This document shows, piece after piece, positions 11,798 through 27,100 of a stretch of DNA of 64,000 nt; within the stretch, counting starts at the first letter, position 1, and every line of letters begins with the position of its first letter. The translations under genes were made by a program, and so were the position numbers. The notes under the pieces are model-generated. The model was given only the letters and a program-made list of their open reading frames with translations. It was not told where the DNA came from and searched no databases. The stretch is from positions 3,472,001-3,536,000 of the forward strand of contig OZ059900.1 of assembly GCA_964057225.1 (NCBI GenBank), written 5' to 3'. Origin of the DNA: Auanema rhodensis (Eukaryota; Animalia; Nematoda).

Positions 11798-14700
11798 TGG
11801 TGTTAAAGGCATAAAAACGACCATACTTAGTGTAGTAATGCTATTTGAGCGAAATTCAGTATTTAAACATTACTAGCGTTTAATTGATGACTTTTGTTGT
11901 TATAGACAATAAAACTATGTTTTTGATCATATATATGAGCGATTTAGCCCAATTGGACTCAAAACTCGGAAATTTCAAAAATTCTTTCTATTTTCGACCT
12001 TTTTTGATCAAAATGAATATATATCAGTGCAAACTCATAAAAATAGACTGATTTTGTTTATTGTGTGTTTGATTTTCGAATCTTAACGAATATGATCAAA
12101 ATTTACGAGTATTACAGATTTTGTACCAAAAATCGGTGAGTATATGGTGTTAAAGGCATAAAAACGACCCTACTTAGTGTAGTAATGCTATTTGAGCGAA
12201 AATCAGTATTTAAACATCACTAGCGTTTAATTGATGTTTTTTGTTGTCATAGACAATAAAACTATGCTTCTGATCATATATATGAGCGATTTAGCCAAAT
12301 TAGACTCAAAACTCGGAAATTTCAAAAATTCTTTCTATTTTCGACCTTTTTTGATCAAAATGAATATATATCAGTGCAAGCTCATAAAAATAGACTGATT
12401 TTGTGTATTGTATGTTTGATTCTTAAATCTTAACGAATATGATCAAAATTTACAAGTATTACAGATTTTGTACCAAAAATCGGTGAGTATATGGTGTTAA
12501 AGGCATAAAAACGACCATACTTAGTGTAGTAATGCTATTTGAGTGAAATTTAGTGATTTAAACATTATTAGTGTATATTTGAAGACTTTTGTTATCATAG
12601 ACAATAAAACTATGTTTTTGATCATATATATGAGCGATTTAGCCCAATTGGACTCAAAACTCGGAAATTTCAAAAATTCTTTCTATTTTCGACCTTTTTT
12701 GATCAAAATGAATATATATCAGTGCAAGCTCATAAAAATAGACTGATTTTGTGTATTGTATGTTTGATTCTCAAATCTTAACGAATATGATCAAAATTTA
12801 CGAGTATTACAGATTTTGTACCAAAAATCGGTGAGTATATGGTGTTAAAGGCATAAAAACGACCATACATAGTGTAGTAATGCTATTTGAGCGAAATTCA
12901 GTATTTAAACATCACTAGCGTTTAATTGATGATTTTTGTTGTCATAGACAATAAAACTATGCTTCTGATCATATATATGAGCGATTTAGCCCAATTGGAC
13001 TCAAAACTCGGAAAATTCAAAAATTCTTTCTATTTTCGACCTTTTTTGATCAAAATAAATAAATATCAGTGCAAACTCATAAAAATAGACTTATTTCGTG
13101 TATTATGTGTTTGATTCTCGAATCTTAACGAATATGATCAAAATTTACAAGTATTACAGATTTTGTACCAAAAATCGGTGAGTATATGGTGTTAGAGGCA
13201 TAAAAACGACCATACTTAGTGTAGTAATGCTATTTGAGTGAAATTCAGTGATTTAAACATTATTAGTGTATATTTGAAGACTTTTGTTATCATAGACAAT
13301 AAAACTATGCTTCTGATCATATATATGAGCGGTTTAGCCCAATTGGGCTCAAAACTTGGAAATTTCAAAAATTCTTTCTATTTTCGACCTTTTTTGATCA
13401 AAATGAAGCAGCTCATAAAACAAGACTGATTTTGTTTATTGTGTGTTTGATTTTTGAAACTTAACAAATATGATCAAAATTTACGAGTATTACAGATTTT
13501 GTACCAAAAATCGGTGAGTATATGGTGTTAAGGCATAAAAACGACCATACTTAGTGTAGTAATGCTATTTGAGCGAAAATCAGTATTTAAACATCACTAG
13601 CGTTTAATTGATGACTTTTGTTGTCATAGACAATAAAACTATGCTTCTGATCATATATATGAGCGATTTAGCCAAATTAGACTCAAAACTCGGAAATTTC
13701 AAAAATTCTTTCTATTTTCGACCTTTTTTGATCAAAATGAATATATATCAGTGCAAGCTCATAAAAATAGACTGATTTTGTGTATTGTATGTTTGATTCT
13801 CAAATCTTAACGAATATGATCAAAATTTACGAGTATTACAGATTTTGTACCAAAAATCGGTGAGTATATGGTGTTAAAGGCATAAAAACGACCATACATA
13901 GTGTAGTAATGCTATTTGAGCGAAATTCAGTATTTAAACATCACTAGCGTTTAATTGATGACTTTTGTTGTTATAGACATTAAAACTATGTTTTTGATCA
14001 TATATATGAGCGATTTAGCCAAATTGGACTCAAAACTCGGAAATTTCAAAAATTATTTCTATTTTCGACCTTTTTTGATCAAAATGAATAAATATCAGTG
14101 CAAACTTGTAAAAATAGACTTATTTTGTGTATTATGTGTTTGATTCTCGAATCTTAACAAATATGATCAAAATTTACAAGTATTACAGATTTTGTACCAA
14201 AAATCGGTGAGTATATGGTGTTAAAGGCATAAAAACGACCATACTTAGTGTAGTAATGCTATTTGAGTGAAATTCAGTGATTTAATCATTATTAGTGTAT
14301 ATTTGAAGACTTTTGTTATCATAGACAGTAAAACTATGCTTTTGATCATATATATGAGCGATTTAGCCCAATTCGACTCAAAACTCGGAAAATTCAAAAA
14401 TTCTTTCTATTTTCGACCTTTTTTGATGAAAATGAATTTATATCAGTGTAAACTCATAAAAATAGACTGATTTTGTGTATTATGTGTTTGATTCTCGAAT
14501 CTTAACAAATATGATCAAAATTTACAAGTATTACAGATTTTGTACCAAAAATCGGTGAGTATATGGTGTTAAAGGCATAAAAACGACCATACTTAGTGTA
14601 GTAATGCTATTTGAGTGAAATTCAGTGATTTAATCATTATTAGTGTATATTTGAAGACTTTTGTTATCATAGACAGTAAAACTATGCTTTTGATCATATA

Positions 14701-17270
14701 TATGAGCGATTTAGCCCAATTGGACTCAAAACTCGGAAAATTCAAAAATTCTTTCTATTTTCGACCTTTTTTGATCAAAATGAATATATATCAGTGCAAA
14801 CTCATAAAAAAAGACTGATTTTGTTTATTGTGTGTTCGATTTTTAAATCTTAACGAATATGATCAAAATTTACGAGTATTACAGATTTTGTACCAAAAAT
14901 CGGTGAGTATATGGTGTTAAAGGCATAAAAACGACCATACTTAGTGTAGTAATGCTATTTGAGCGAAAATCAGTATTTAAACATCACTAGCGTTTAATTG
15001 ATGATTTTTGTTGTCATAGACAATAAAACTATGCTTCTGATCATGTATATGAGCGATTTAGCCAAATTAGACTCAAAACTCGGAAATTTCAAAAATTCTT
15101 TCTATTTTCGACCTTTTTTGATCAAAATGAATAAATATCAGTGCAAACTCGTAAAATTAGACTGATTTTGTGTATTGTTAGTTTGATTCTCAAATCTTAA
15201 CGAATATGATCAAAATTTACGAGTATTACAGATTTTGTACCAAAAATCGGTGAGTATATGGTGTTAAAGGCATAAAAACGACCATACTTAGTGTAGTAAT
15301 GCTATTTGAGCGAAAATCAGTATTTAAACATCACTAGCGTTTAATTGATGACTTTTGTTGTCATAGACAATAAAACTATGCTTCTGATCATATATATGAG
15401 CGATTTAGCCCAATTGGACTCAAAGCTCGGAAATTTCAAAAATTCTTTCTATTTTCGACCTTTTTTGATCAAAATGAATAAATATCAGTGCAAACTCGTA
15501 AAAATAGACTGATTTTGTGTATTGTTAGTTTGATTCTCAAATCTTAACGAATATGATCAAAATTTACGAGTATTACAGATTTTGTACCAAAAATCGGTGA
15601 GTATATGGTGTTAAAGGCATAAAAACGACCATACTTAGTGTAGTAATGCTATTTGAGCGAAATTCAGTATTTAAACATTACTAGCGTTTAATTGATGACT
15701 TTTGTTGTTATAGACAATAAAACTATGTTTTTGATCATATATATGAGCGATTTAGCCCAATTGGACTCAAAACTCGGAAATTTCAAAAATTCTTTCTATT
15801 TTCGACCTTTTTTGATCAAAATGAATATATATCAGTGCAAACTCATAAAAATAGACTGATTTTGTTTATTGTGTGTTTGATTTTCGAATCTTAACGAATA
15901 TGATCAAAATTTACGAGTATTACAGATTTTGTACCAAAAATCGGTGAGTATATGGTGTTAAAGGCATAAAAACGACCCTACTTAGTGTAGTAATGCTATT
16001 TGAGCGAAAATCAGTATTTAAACATCACTAGCGTTTAATTGATGATTTTTGTTGTCATAGACAATAAAACTATGCTTCTGATCATATATATGAGCGATTT
16101 AGCCAAATTAGACTCAAAACTCGGAAATTTCAAAAATTCTTTCTATTTTCGACCTTTTTTGATCAAAATGAATATATATCAGTGCAAGCTCATAAAAATA
16201 GACTGATTTTGTGTATTGTATGTTTGATTCTCAAATCTTAACGAATATGATCAAAATTTACAAGTATTACAGATTTTGTACCAAAAATCGGTGAGTATAT
16301 GGTGTTAAAGGCATAAAAACGACCATACTTAGTGTAGTAATGCTATTTGAGTGAAATTCAGTGATTTAAACATTATTAGTGTATATTTGAAGACTTTTGT
16401 TATCATAGACAATAAAACTATGTTTTTGATCATATATATGAGCGATTTAGCCCAATTGGACTCAAAACTCGGAAATTTCAAAAATTCTTTCTATTTTCGA
16501 CCTTTTTTGATCAAAATGAATATATATCAGTGCAAGCTCATAAAAATAGACTGATTTTGTGTATTGTATGTTTTATTCTCAAATCTTAACGAATATGATC
16601 AAAATTTACGAGTATTACAGATTTTGTACCAAAAATCGGTGAGTATATGGTGTTAAAGGCATAAAAACGACCATACATAGTGTAGTAATGCTATTTGAGC
16701 GAAATTCAGTATTTAAACATCACTAGCGTTTAATTGATGATTTTTGTTGTCATAGACAATAAAACTATGCTTCTGATCATATATATGAGCGGTTTAGCCC
16801 AATTGGGCTCAAAACTCGGAAATTTCAAAAATTCTTTCTATTTTCGACCTTTTTTGATCAAAATAAATAAATATCAGTGCAAACTCATAAAAATAGACTT
16901 ATTTTGTGTATTATGTGTTTGATTCTCGAATCTTAACGAATATGATCAAAATTTACAAGTATTACAGATTTTGTACCAAAAATCGGTGAGTATATGGTGT
17001 TAGAGGCATAAAAACGACCATACTTAGTGTAGTAATGCTATTTGAGTGAAATTCAGTGATTTAAACATTATTAGTGTATATTTGAAGACTTTTGTTATCA
17101 TAGACAATAAAACTATGCTTCTGATCATATATATGAGCGGTTTAGCCCAATTGGGCTCAAAACTCGGAAATTTCAAAAATTCTTTCTATTTTCGACCTTT
17201 TTTGATCAAAATAAATAAATATCAGTGCAAACTCATAAAAATAGACTTATTTTGTGTATTATGTGTTTGA
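11798..17270. repeat. Block duplication with 11-monomer offset (3808 bp): about 11798-13400 vs about 15606-17200
   Basis: ORF offsets 12543/16351, 12926/16734 and 13238/17046 are 3808. Shared GACCCTAC variant at about 12166 and 15974. Confidence 0.85.
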
Positions 17271-18730
17271 TTCTCGAATCTTAACAAATATGATCAAAAT
17301 TTACAAGTATTACAGATTTTGTACCAAAAATCGGTGAGTATATGGTGTTAAAGGCATAAAAACGACCATACTTAGTGTAGTAATGCTATTTGAGCGAAAA
17401 TCAGTATTTAAACATCACTAGCGTTTAATTGATGACTTTTGTTGTTATAGACAATAAAACTATGTTTTTGATCATATATATGAGCGATTTAGCCCAATTG
17501 GACTCAAAACTCGGAAATTTCAAAAATTCTTTCTATTTTCGACCTTTTTTGATCAAAATGAATAAATATCAGTGCAAACTCATAAAAATAGACTGATTTT
17601 GTTTATTGTGTGTTTGATTTTTGAATCTTAACAAATATGATCAAAATTTACGAGTATTACAGATTTTGTACCAAAAATCGGTGAGTATATGGTGTTAAAG
17701 GCATAAAAACGACCATACTTAGTGTAGTAATGCTATTTGAGCGAAAATCAGTATTTAAACATCACTAGCGTTTAATTGATGACTTTTGTTGTCATAGACA
17801 ATAAAACTATGCTTCTGATCATATATATGAGCGATTTAGCCCAATTGGACTCAAAACTCGGAAAATTCAAAAATTCTTTCTATTTTCGATCTTTTTTGAT
17901 CAAAATGAATATATATCAGTGCAAGCTCATAAAAATAGACTGATTTTGTGTATTGTGTGTTTGATTCTCGAATCTCACCGAATATGATCAAAATTTACGA
18001 GTATTACAGATTTTGTACCAAAAATCGGTGAGTATATGGTGTTAAAGGCATAAAAACGACCATACATAGTGTAGTAATGCTATTTGAGCGAAATTCAGTA
18101 TTGAAACATCACTAGCGTTTAATTGATGACTTTTGTTGTTATAGACAATAAAACTATGCTTCTGATCATATATATGAGCGATTTAGCCCAATTCGACTCA
18201 AAACTCGGAAAATTCAAAAATTCTTTCTATTTTCGACCTTTTTTGATGAAAATGAATATATATCAGTGTAAACTCATAAAAATAGACTGATTTTGTGTAT
18301 TGTGTGTTTGATTCTCAAATCTTAACAAATATGATCAAATTTTACGAGTATTACAGATTTTGTACCAAAAATCGGTGAGTATATGGTGTTAAAGGCATAA
18401 AAACGACCATACTTAGTGTAGTAATGCTATTTGAGCGAAAATCAGTATTTAAACATCACTAGCGTTTAATTGATGATTTTTGTTGTCATAGACAATAAAA
18501 CTATGCTTCTGATCATATATATGAGCGATTTAGCCAAATTAGACTCAAAACTCGGAAATTTCAAAAATTCTTTCTATTTTCGACCTTTTTTGATCAAAAT
18601 GAATATATATCAGTGCAAGCTCATAAAAATAGACTGATTTTGTGTATTGTATGTTTGATTCTCAAATCTTAACGAATATGATCAAAATTTACAAGTATTA
18701 CAGATTTTGTACCAAAAATCGGTGAGTATA

Positions 18731-21161
18731 TGGTGTTAAAGGCATAAAAACGACCATACTTAGTGTAGTAATGCTACTTGAGCGAAAATCAGTATTTAAA
18801 TATCACTAGCGTTTAATTGATGACTTTTGTTGTTATAGACAGTAAAACTATGCTTTTGATCATATATATGAGCGATTTAGCCCAATTGGACTCAAAACTC
18901 GGAAAATTCAAAAATTCTTTCTATTTTCGACCTTTTTTGATCAAAATAAATAAATATCAGTGCAAACTCATAAAAATAGACTTATTTCGTGTATTATGTG
19001 TTTGATTCTCGAATCTTAACGAATATGATCAAAATTTACAAGTATTACAGATTTTGTACCAAAAATCGGTGAGTATATGGTGTTAAAGGCATAAAAACGA
19101 CCATACTTAGTGTAGTAATGCTATTTGAGCGAAAATCAGTATTTAAACATCACTAGCGTTTAATTAATGACTTTTGTTGTTATAGACAATAAAACTATGT
19201 TTTTGATCATATATATGAGCGATTTAGCCCAATTGGACTCAAAACTCGGAAAATTCAAAAATTCTTTCTATTTTCGACCTTTTTTGATCAAAATGAATAA
19301 ATATCAGTGCAAACTCATAAAAATAGACTTATTTCGTGTATTATGTGTTTGATTCTCGAATCTTAACGAATATGATCAAAATTTACAAGTATTACAGATT
19401 TTGTACCAAAAATCGGTGAGTATATGGTGTTAGAGGCATAAAAACGACCATACTTAGTGTAGTAATGCTATTTGAGTGAAATTCAGTGATTTAAACATTA
19501 TTAGTGTATATTTGAAGACTTTTGTTATCATAGACAATGAAACTATGCTTCTGATCATATATATGAGCGGTTTAGCCCAATTGGGCTCAAAACTCGGAAA
19601 TTTCAAAAATTCTTTCTATTTTCGACCTTTTTTGATCAAAATGAATAAATATCAGTGCAAACTCATAAAAATAGACTTATTTTGTGTATTATGTGTTCGT
19701 TTCTCGAATCTTAACGAATATGATCAAAATTTACAAGTATTACAGATTTTGTACCAAAAATCGGTGAGTATATGGTGTTAAAGGCATAAAAACGACCATA
19801 CTTAGTGTAGTAATGCTACTTGAGCAAAAATCAGTATTTAAATATCACTAGCGTTTAATTGATGACTTTTGTTGTTATAGACAGTAAAACTAAGCTTTTG
19901 ATCATATATATGAGCGATTTAGCCCAATTGGACTCAAAACTCGGAAAATTCAAAAATTCTTTCTACTTTCGACCTTTTTTGATCAAAATAAATAAATATC
20001 AGTGCAAACTCATAAAAATAGACTTATTTCGTGTATTATGTGTTTGATTCTCGAATCTTAACAAATATGATCAAAATTTACAAGTATTACAGATTTTGTA
20101 CCAAAAATCGGTGAGTATATGGTGTTAGAGGCATAAAAACGACCATACTTAGTGTAGTAATGCTATTTGAGCGAAAATCAGTATTTAAACATCACTAGCG
20201 TTTAATTAATGACTTTTGTTGTTATAGACAATAAAACTATGTTTTTGATCATATATATGAGCGATTTAGCCCAATTGGACTCAAAACTCGGAAAATTCAA
20301 AAATTCTTTCTATTTTCGACCTTTTTTGATCAAAATGAATAAATATCAGTGCAAACTCATAAAAATAGACTTATTTCGTGTATTATGTGTTTGATTCTCG
20401 AATCTTAACGAATATGATCAAAATTTACAAGTATTACAGATTTTGTACCAAAAATCGGTGAGTATATGGTGTTAGAGGCATAAAAACGACCATACTTAGT
20501 GTAGTAATGCTATTTGAGTGAAATTCAGTGATTTAAACATTATTAGTGTATATTTGAAGACTTTTGTTATCATAGACAATGAAACTATGCTTCTGATCAT
20601 ATATATGAGCGGTTTAGCCCAATTGGGCTCAAAACTCGGAAATTTCAAAAATTCTTTCTATTTTCGACCTTTTTTGATCAAAATGAATAAATATCAGTGC
20701 AAACTCATAAAAATAGACTTATTTTGTGTATTATGTGTTCGTTTCTCGAATCTTAACGAATATGATCAAAATTTACAAGTATTACAGATTTTGTACCAAA
20801 AATCGGTGAGTATATGGTGTTAAAGGCATAAAAACGACCATACTTAGTGTAGTAATGCTACTTGAGCAAAAATCAGTATTTAAATATCACTAGCGTTTAA
20901 TTGATGACTTTTGTTGTTATAGACAGTAAAACTATGCTTTTGATCATATATATGAGCGATTTAGCCCAATTGGACTCAAAACTCGGAAAATTCAAAAATT
21001 CTTTCTATTTTCGACCTTTTTTGATCAAAATAAATAAATATCAGTGCAAACTCATAAAAATAGACTTATTTCGTGTATTATGTGTTTGATTCTCGAATCT
21101 TAACAAATATGATCAAAATTTACAAGTATTACAGATTTTGTACCAAAAATCGGTGAGTATA
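18731..21161. repeat. Tandem trimer (A-A-B), period 1042 bp, about 2.3 copies
   Basis: ORFs at 18817/19859/20901, 19167/20209 and 19476/20518. Private variants GCTACTTG, TTTAAATATC, TAATTAATGA and GACAATGAAA. Confidence 0.92.
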
Positions 21162-24100
21162 TGGTGTTAAAGGCATAAAAACGACCATACTTAGTGTAGT
21201 AATGCTATTTGAGCGAAAATCAGTATTTAAACATCACTAGCGTTTAATTGATGACTTTTGTTGTTATAGACAATAAAACTATGTTTTTGATCATATATAT
21301 GAGCGATTTAGCCCAATTGGACTCAAAACTCGGAAATTTCAAAAATTCTTTCTATTTTCGACCTTTTTTGATCAAAATGAATAAATATCAGTGCAAACTC
21401 ATAAAAATAAACTTATTTCGTGTATTGTGTGTTTGATTCTCGAATCTCACCGAATATGATCAAAATTTACGAGTATCACAGATTTTGTACCAAAAATCGG
21501 TGAGTATATGGTGTTAGAGGCATAAAAACGACCATACTTAGTGTAGTAATGCTATTTGAGTGAAATTCAGTGATTTAAACATTATTAGTGTATATTCGAA
21601 GACTTTTGTTATCATAGACAATAAAACTATGCTTTTGATCATATATATGAGCGATTTAGCCAAATTAGACTCAAAACTCGGAAATTTCAAAAATTCTTTC
21701 TATTTTCGACCTTTTTTGATCAAAATGAATAAATATCAGTGCAAACTCGTAAAAATAAACTTATTTCGTGTATTGTGTGTTTGATTCTCGAATCTCACCG
21801 AATATGATCAAAATTTACGAGTATCACAGATTTTGTACCAAAAATCGGTGAGTATATGGTGCTAAAGGCATAAAAACGACCATACTTAGTGTAGTAATGC
21901 TATTTGAGCGAAAATCAGTATTTAAACATCACTAGCGTTTAATTGATGACTTTTGTTGTCATAGACAATAAAACTATGCTTCTGATCATATATATGAGCG
22001 ATTTAGCCAAATTAGACTCAAAACTCGGAAATTTCAAAAATTCTTTCTATTTTCGACCTTTTTTGATCAAAATGAATAAATATCAGTGCAAACTCGTAAA
22101 AATAGACTGATTTTGTTTATTGTGTGTTTGATTTTTGAATCTTAACAAATATGATCAAAATTTACGAGTATTACAGATTTTGTACCAAAAATCGGTGAGT
22201 ATATCGTGTTAAAGGCATAAAAACGACCATACTTAGTGTAGTAATGCTATTTGAGCGAAAATCAGTATTTAAACATCACTAGCGTTTAATTGATGACTTT
22301 TGTTGTCATAGACAATAAAACTATGCTTCTGATCATATATATGAGCGATTTAGCCAAATTAGACTCAAAACTCGGAAATTTCAAAAATTCTTTCTATTTT
22401 CGACCTTTTTTGATCAAAATAAAGATATATCAGTGCAAGCTCATAAAAATAGACTGATTTTGTTTATTGTGTGTTTGATTTTTGAATCTTAACAAATATG
22501 ATCAAAATTTACGAGTATTACAGATTTTGTACCAAAAATCGGTGAGTATATGGTGTTAAAGGCATAAAAACGACCATACTTAGTGTAGTAATGCTATTTG
22601 AGCGAAAATCAGTATTTAAACATCACTAGCGTTTAATTGATGACTTTTGTTGTCATAGACAATAAAACTATGCTTCTGATCATATATATGAGCGATTTAG
22701 CCAAATTAGACTCAAAACTCGGAAATTTCAAAAATTCTTTCTATTTTCGACCTTTTTTGATCAAAATGAATATATATCAGTGCAAGCTCATAAAAATAGA
22801 CTGATTTTGTGTATTGTATGTTTGATTCTCAAATCTTAACGAATATGATCAAAATTTACGAGTATTACAGATTTTGTACCAAAAATCGGTGAGTATATGG
22901 TGTTAAAGGCATAAAAACGACCATACATAGTGTAGTAATGCTATTTGAGCGAAATTCAGTATTTAAACATCACTAGCGTTTAATTGATGACTTTTGTTGT
23001 TATAGACATTAAAACTATGTTTTTGATCATATATATGAGCGATTTAGCCAAATTGGACTCAAAACTCGGAAATTTCAAAAATTATTTCTATTTTCGACCT
23101 TTTTTGATCAAAATGAATAAATATCAGTGCAAACTTGTAAAAATAGACTTATTTTGTGTATTATGTGTTTGATTCTCGAATCTTAACAAATATGATCAAA
23201 ATTTACAAGTATTACAGATTTTGTACCAAAAATCGGTGAGTATATGGTGTTAAAGGCATAAAAACGACCATACTTAGTGTAGTAATGCTATTTGAGTGAA
23301 ATTCAGTGATTTAATCATTATTAGTGTATATTTGAAGACTTTTGTTATCATAGACAGTAAAACTATGCTTTTGATCATATATATGAGCGATTTAGCCCAA
23401 TTCGACTCAAAACTCGGAAAATTCAAAAATTCTTTCTATTTTCGACCTTTTTTGATGAAAATGAATATATATCAGTGTAAACTCATAAAAATAGACTGAT
23501 TTTGTGTATTGTGTGTTTGATTCTCGAATCTTAACGAATATGATCAAAATTTACGAGTATCACAGATTTTGTACCAAAAATCGGTGAGTATATGGTGTTA
23601 AAGGCATAAAAACGACCATACTTAGTGTAGTAATGCTATTTGAGCGAAAATCAGTATTTAAACATCACTAGCGTTTAATTGATGACTTTTGTTGTTATAG
23701 ACAATAAAACTATGTTTTTGATCATATATATGAGCGATTTAGCCCAATTGGACTCAAAACTCGGAAAATTCAAAAATTCTTTCTATTTTCGACCTTTTTT
23801 GATCAAAATGAATATATATCAGTGCAAACTCATAAAAATAGACTGATTTTGTTTATTGTGTGTTTGATTTTCAAATCTTAACGAATATGATCAAAATTTA
23901 CGAGTATTACAGATTTTGTACCAAAAATCGGTGAGTATATGGTGTTAAAGGCATAAAAACGACCATACTTAGTGTAGTAATGCTATTTGAGCGAAAATCA
24001 GTATTTAAACATCACTAGCGTTTAATTGATGACTTTTGTTGTCATAGACAATAAAACTATGCTTCTGATCATATAAATGAGCGATTTAGCCAAATTAGAC

Positions 24101-27100
24101 TCAAAACTGGGAAATTTCAAAAATTCTTTCTATTTTCGACCTTTTTTGATCAAAATGAATATATATCAGTGCAAGCTCATAAAAATAGACTGATTTTGTG
24201 TATTGTATGTTTTATTCTCAAATCTTAACGAATATGATCGAAATTTACGAGTATTACAGATTTTGTACCAAAAATCGGTGAGTATATGGTGTTAAAGGCA
24301 TAAAAACGACCATACTTAGTGTAGTAATGCTATTTGAGCGAAAATCAGTATTTAAACATCACTAGCGTTTAATTGATGACTTTTGTTGTCATAGACAATA
24401 AAACTATGCTTCTGATCATATAAATGAGCGATTTAGCCAAATTAGACTCAAAACTCGGAAATTTCAAAAATTCTTTCTATTTTCGACCTTTTTTGATCAA
24501 AATGAATATATATCAGTGCAAGCTCATAAAAATAGACTGATTTTGTGTATTGTATGTTTGATTCTCAAATCTTAACGAATATGATCGAAATTTACGAGTA
24601 TTACAGATTTTGTACCAAAAATCGGTGAGTATATGGTGTTAAAGGCATAAAAACGACCATACTTAGTGTAGTAATGCTATTTGAGCGAAAATCAGTATTT
24701 AAACATCACTAGCGTTTAATTGATGACTTTTGTTGTTATAAACAATAAAACTATGTTTTTGATCATATATATGAGCGATTTAGCCCAATTGGACTCAAAA
24801 CTCGGAAATTTCAAAAATTCTTTCTATTTTCGACCTTTTTTGATCAAAATGAATAAATATCAGTGCAAACTCATAAAAATAGACTTATTTCGTGTATTAT
24901 GTGTTTGATTCTCGAATCTTAACGAATATGATCAAAATTTACGAGTATCACAGATTTTGTACCAAAAATCGGTGAGTATATGGTGTTAAAGGCATAAAAA
25001 CGACCATACTTAGTGTAGTAATGCTATTTGAGCGAAAATCAGTATTTAAACATCACTAGCGTTTAATTGATGACTTTTGTTGTTATAGACAATAAAACTA
25101 TGTTTTTGATCACATATATGAGCGATTTAGCCCAATTGGACTCAAAACTCGGAAAATTCAAAAATTCTTTCTATTTTCGACCTTTTTTGATCAAAATGAA
25201 TATATATCAGTGCAAACTCATAAAAATAGACTGATTTTGTTTATTGTGTGTTTGATTTTCAAATCTTAACGAATATGATCAAAATTTACGAGTATTACAG
25301 ATTTTGTACCAAAAATCGGTGAGTATATTGTGTTAAAGGCATAAAAACGACCATACTTAGTGTAGTAATGCTATTTGAGCGAAAATCAGTATTTAAACAT
25401 CACTAGCGTTTAATTGATGACTTTTGTTGTCATAGACAATAAAACTATGCTTCTGATCATATAAATGAGCGATTTAGCCAAATTAGACTCAAAACTGGGA
25501 AATTTCAAAAATTCTTTCTATTTTCGACCTTTTTTGATCAAAATGAATATATATCAGTGCAAGCTCATAAAAATAGACTGATTTTGTGTATTGTATGTTT
25601 TATTCTCAAATCTTAACGAATATGATCAAAATTTACGAGTATTACAGATTTTGTACCAAAAATCGGTGAGTATATGGTGTTAAAGGCATAAAAACGACCA
25701 TACTTAGTGTAGTAATGCTATTTGAGCGAAATTCAGTATTTAAACATCACTAGCGTTTAATTGATGACTTTTGTTGTCATAGACATTAAAACTATGCTTT
25801 TGATCATATAAATGAGCGATTTAGCCAAATTAGACTCAAAACTCGGAAATTTCAAAAATTCTTTCTATTTTCGACCTTTTTTGATCAAAATGAATATATA
25901 TCAGTGCAAACTCATAAAAATAGACTTATTTCGTGTATTATGTGTTTGATTCTCGAATCTTAACAAATATGATCAAAATTTACAAGTATTACAGATTTTG
26001 TACCAAAAATCGGTGAGTATATGGTGTTAAAGGCATAAAAACGACCATACTTAGTGTAGTAATGCTATTTGAGCGAAATTCAGTATTTAAACATCACTAG
26101 CGTTTAATTGATGAATTTTGTTGTTATTGACAATAAAACTATGTTTTTGATCATATATATGAGCGATTTAGCCCAATTGGACTCAAAACTCGGAAATTTC
26201 AAAAATTCTTTCTATTTTCGACCTTTTTTGATCAAAATGAATAAATATCAGTGCAAACTCATAAAAATAGACTTATTTCGTGTATTATGTGTTTGATTCT
26301 TGAATCTTAACGAATATGATCAAAATTTACAAGTATTACAGATTTTGTACCAAAAATCGGTGAGTATATGGTGTTAGAGGCATAAAAACGACCATACTTA
26401 GTGTAGTAATGCTATTTGAGTGAAATTCAGTGATTTAAACATTATTAGTGTATATTCGAAGACTTTTGTTATCATAGACAATAAAACTATGCTTTTGATC
26501 ATATATATGAGCGATTTAGCCAAATTAGACTCAAAACTCGGAAATTTCAAAAATTCTTTCTATTTTCGACCTTTTTTGATCAAAATGAATAAATATCAGT
26601 GCAAACTCGTAAAAATAAACTTATTTCGTGTATTGTGTGTTTGATTCTCGAATCTCACCGAATATGATCAAAATTTACGAGTATCACAGATTTTGTACCA
26701 AAAATCGGTGAGTATATGGTGTTAAAGGCATAAAAACGACCATACTTAGTGTAGTAATGCTATTTGAGCGAAAATCAGTATTTAAACATCACTAGCGTTT
26801 AATTGATGACTTTTGTTGTTATAGACAATAAAACTATGTTTTTGATCATATATATGAGCGATTTAGCCCAATTGGACTCAAAACTCGGAAAATTCAAAAA
26901 TTCTTTCTATTTTCGACCTTTTTTGATCAAAATGAATATATATCAGTGCAAACTCATAAAAATAGACTGATTTTGTTTATTGTGTGTTTGATTTTTGAAT
27001 CTTAACAAATATGATCAAAATTTACGAGTATTACAGATTTTGTACCAAAAATCGGTGAGTATATGGTGTTAAAGGCATAAAAACGACCATACTTAGTGTA

